DNA of 34,236 bases from Octopus bimaculoides. Lineage: Eukaryota. The translations under genes were made by a program, and so were the position numbers. The notes under the pieces were generated by a model. That model saw nothing but the letters and a program-made list of their open reading frames with translations, was not told the DNA's origin and did no database searches. Positions 33,833 to 34,236 of this stretch are shown in pieces. How positions within the stretch are numbered: the stretch's first letter is position 1; the number at the start of each line of letters is the position of its first letter. The stretch covers positions 155,983,504-156,017,739 of the forward strand of contig NC_068981.1 in the NCBI RefSeq assembly GCF_001194135.2. The letters run 5' to 3'.

Positions 33833-33924
33833 CTGTTCAATATTTTTGAGATGAGGAATTCTGCACATTATTTACATAAGACGGATATGAGTCCTCATCT
33901 AAAATTCACTCTATAATTGCCCAC

Positions 33925-34000
33925 GGGTATATAGCGTAATGGTTAAGAGCCAGGGCTACTAACCCCAAGATTGCGAGTTCAATTCCAGATAGTGCCTTGA
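33925..34000 (+). promoter_or_regulatory. tRNA-derived head with Pol III A-box and B-box (SINE head, not a functional tRNA)
   Basis: A-box TAGCGTAATGG (33932-33942) fits TRGCNNARYGG; B-box GTTCAATTC (33977-33985); anticodon-like arm GGG-CTACTAA-CCC. Confidence 0.75.
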
Positions 34001-34003
34001 ATA

Positions 34004-34050
<47 letters not shown>

Positions 34051-34109
34051 CATCAAGAAAAAAATACCTTTGGAATGGGAACCCAAGGTTGCGTTCAAAA
34101 CCCTACCAA

Positions 34110-34156
34110 GACACCTGATGAAGGCTGGAGAGTAAATCAGCCGAAACGCAATGGTA
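34110..34156 (+). ncRNA. Degenerate type I hammerhead ribozyme-like motif downstream of the tRNA head and (TAA)n
   Basis: CTGATGA (34115-34121); A; stem II GGCTG/CAGCC (34123-34127/34138-34142); GAAA (34143-34146); then CG-CA where CG-UH is expected. Stem I GACAC vs ATGGT pairs only partly. Confidence 0.5.
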
Positions 34157-34236
34157 GCAACAAGATGAGGACACATATCTGTCTAATGTAAATAATGTAT
34201 ACATATACGTATATATATATATATATATATATATAT

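Noticed and set aside
33925-34000. Functional tRNA gene
   Set aside because: Acceptor and T stems do not pair properly, and the head runs into (TAA)n and a repeat body, so it is a SINE-type head.

Overview
AT-rich, microsatellite-dense eukaryotic DNA with many assembly gaps. From recognition of the repeat families (not a database search) it is most likely a cephalopod (Octopus-type) genome. I found no intact protein-coding gene; the six-frame ORFs come from microsatellites, N-gaps or decayed transposons. The window is a layered transposon graveyard. It holds a near full-length RTE LINE (-, about 18.5-22.0 kb), a second 5'-truncated RTE (+, 29.2-30.8 kb), a pogo DD35D element with TIRs and TA duplication (23805-26435), a truncated maT-like element, a mariner remnant, very old R4/Dong-like and L1/Tx1-like RT fossils, hAT MITEs with 8-bp TSDs, Helitron/Helentron-like ends, and about 16 tRNA-derived SINE copies of two main families. 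The most interesting signals are hammerhead-ribozyme (HHR) motifs in non-coding repeats. One is a minimal type I HHR with a palindromic stem III (28994-29040). A second copy of that repeat has its ribozyme 5' half replaced by a fold-back inversion at stem II (1999-2053). A different element has a tRNA-like Pol III head, a (TAA)n spacer and a degenerate HHR (33925-34200). One plausible 92-nt host exon (15471-15562) suggests the window may be intronic.
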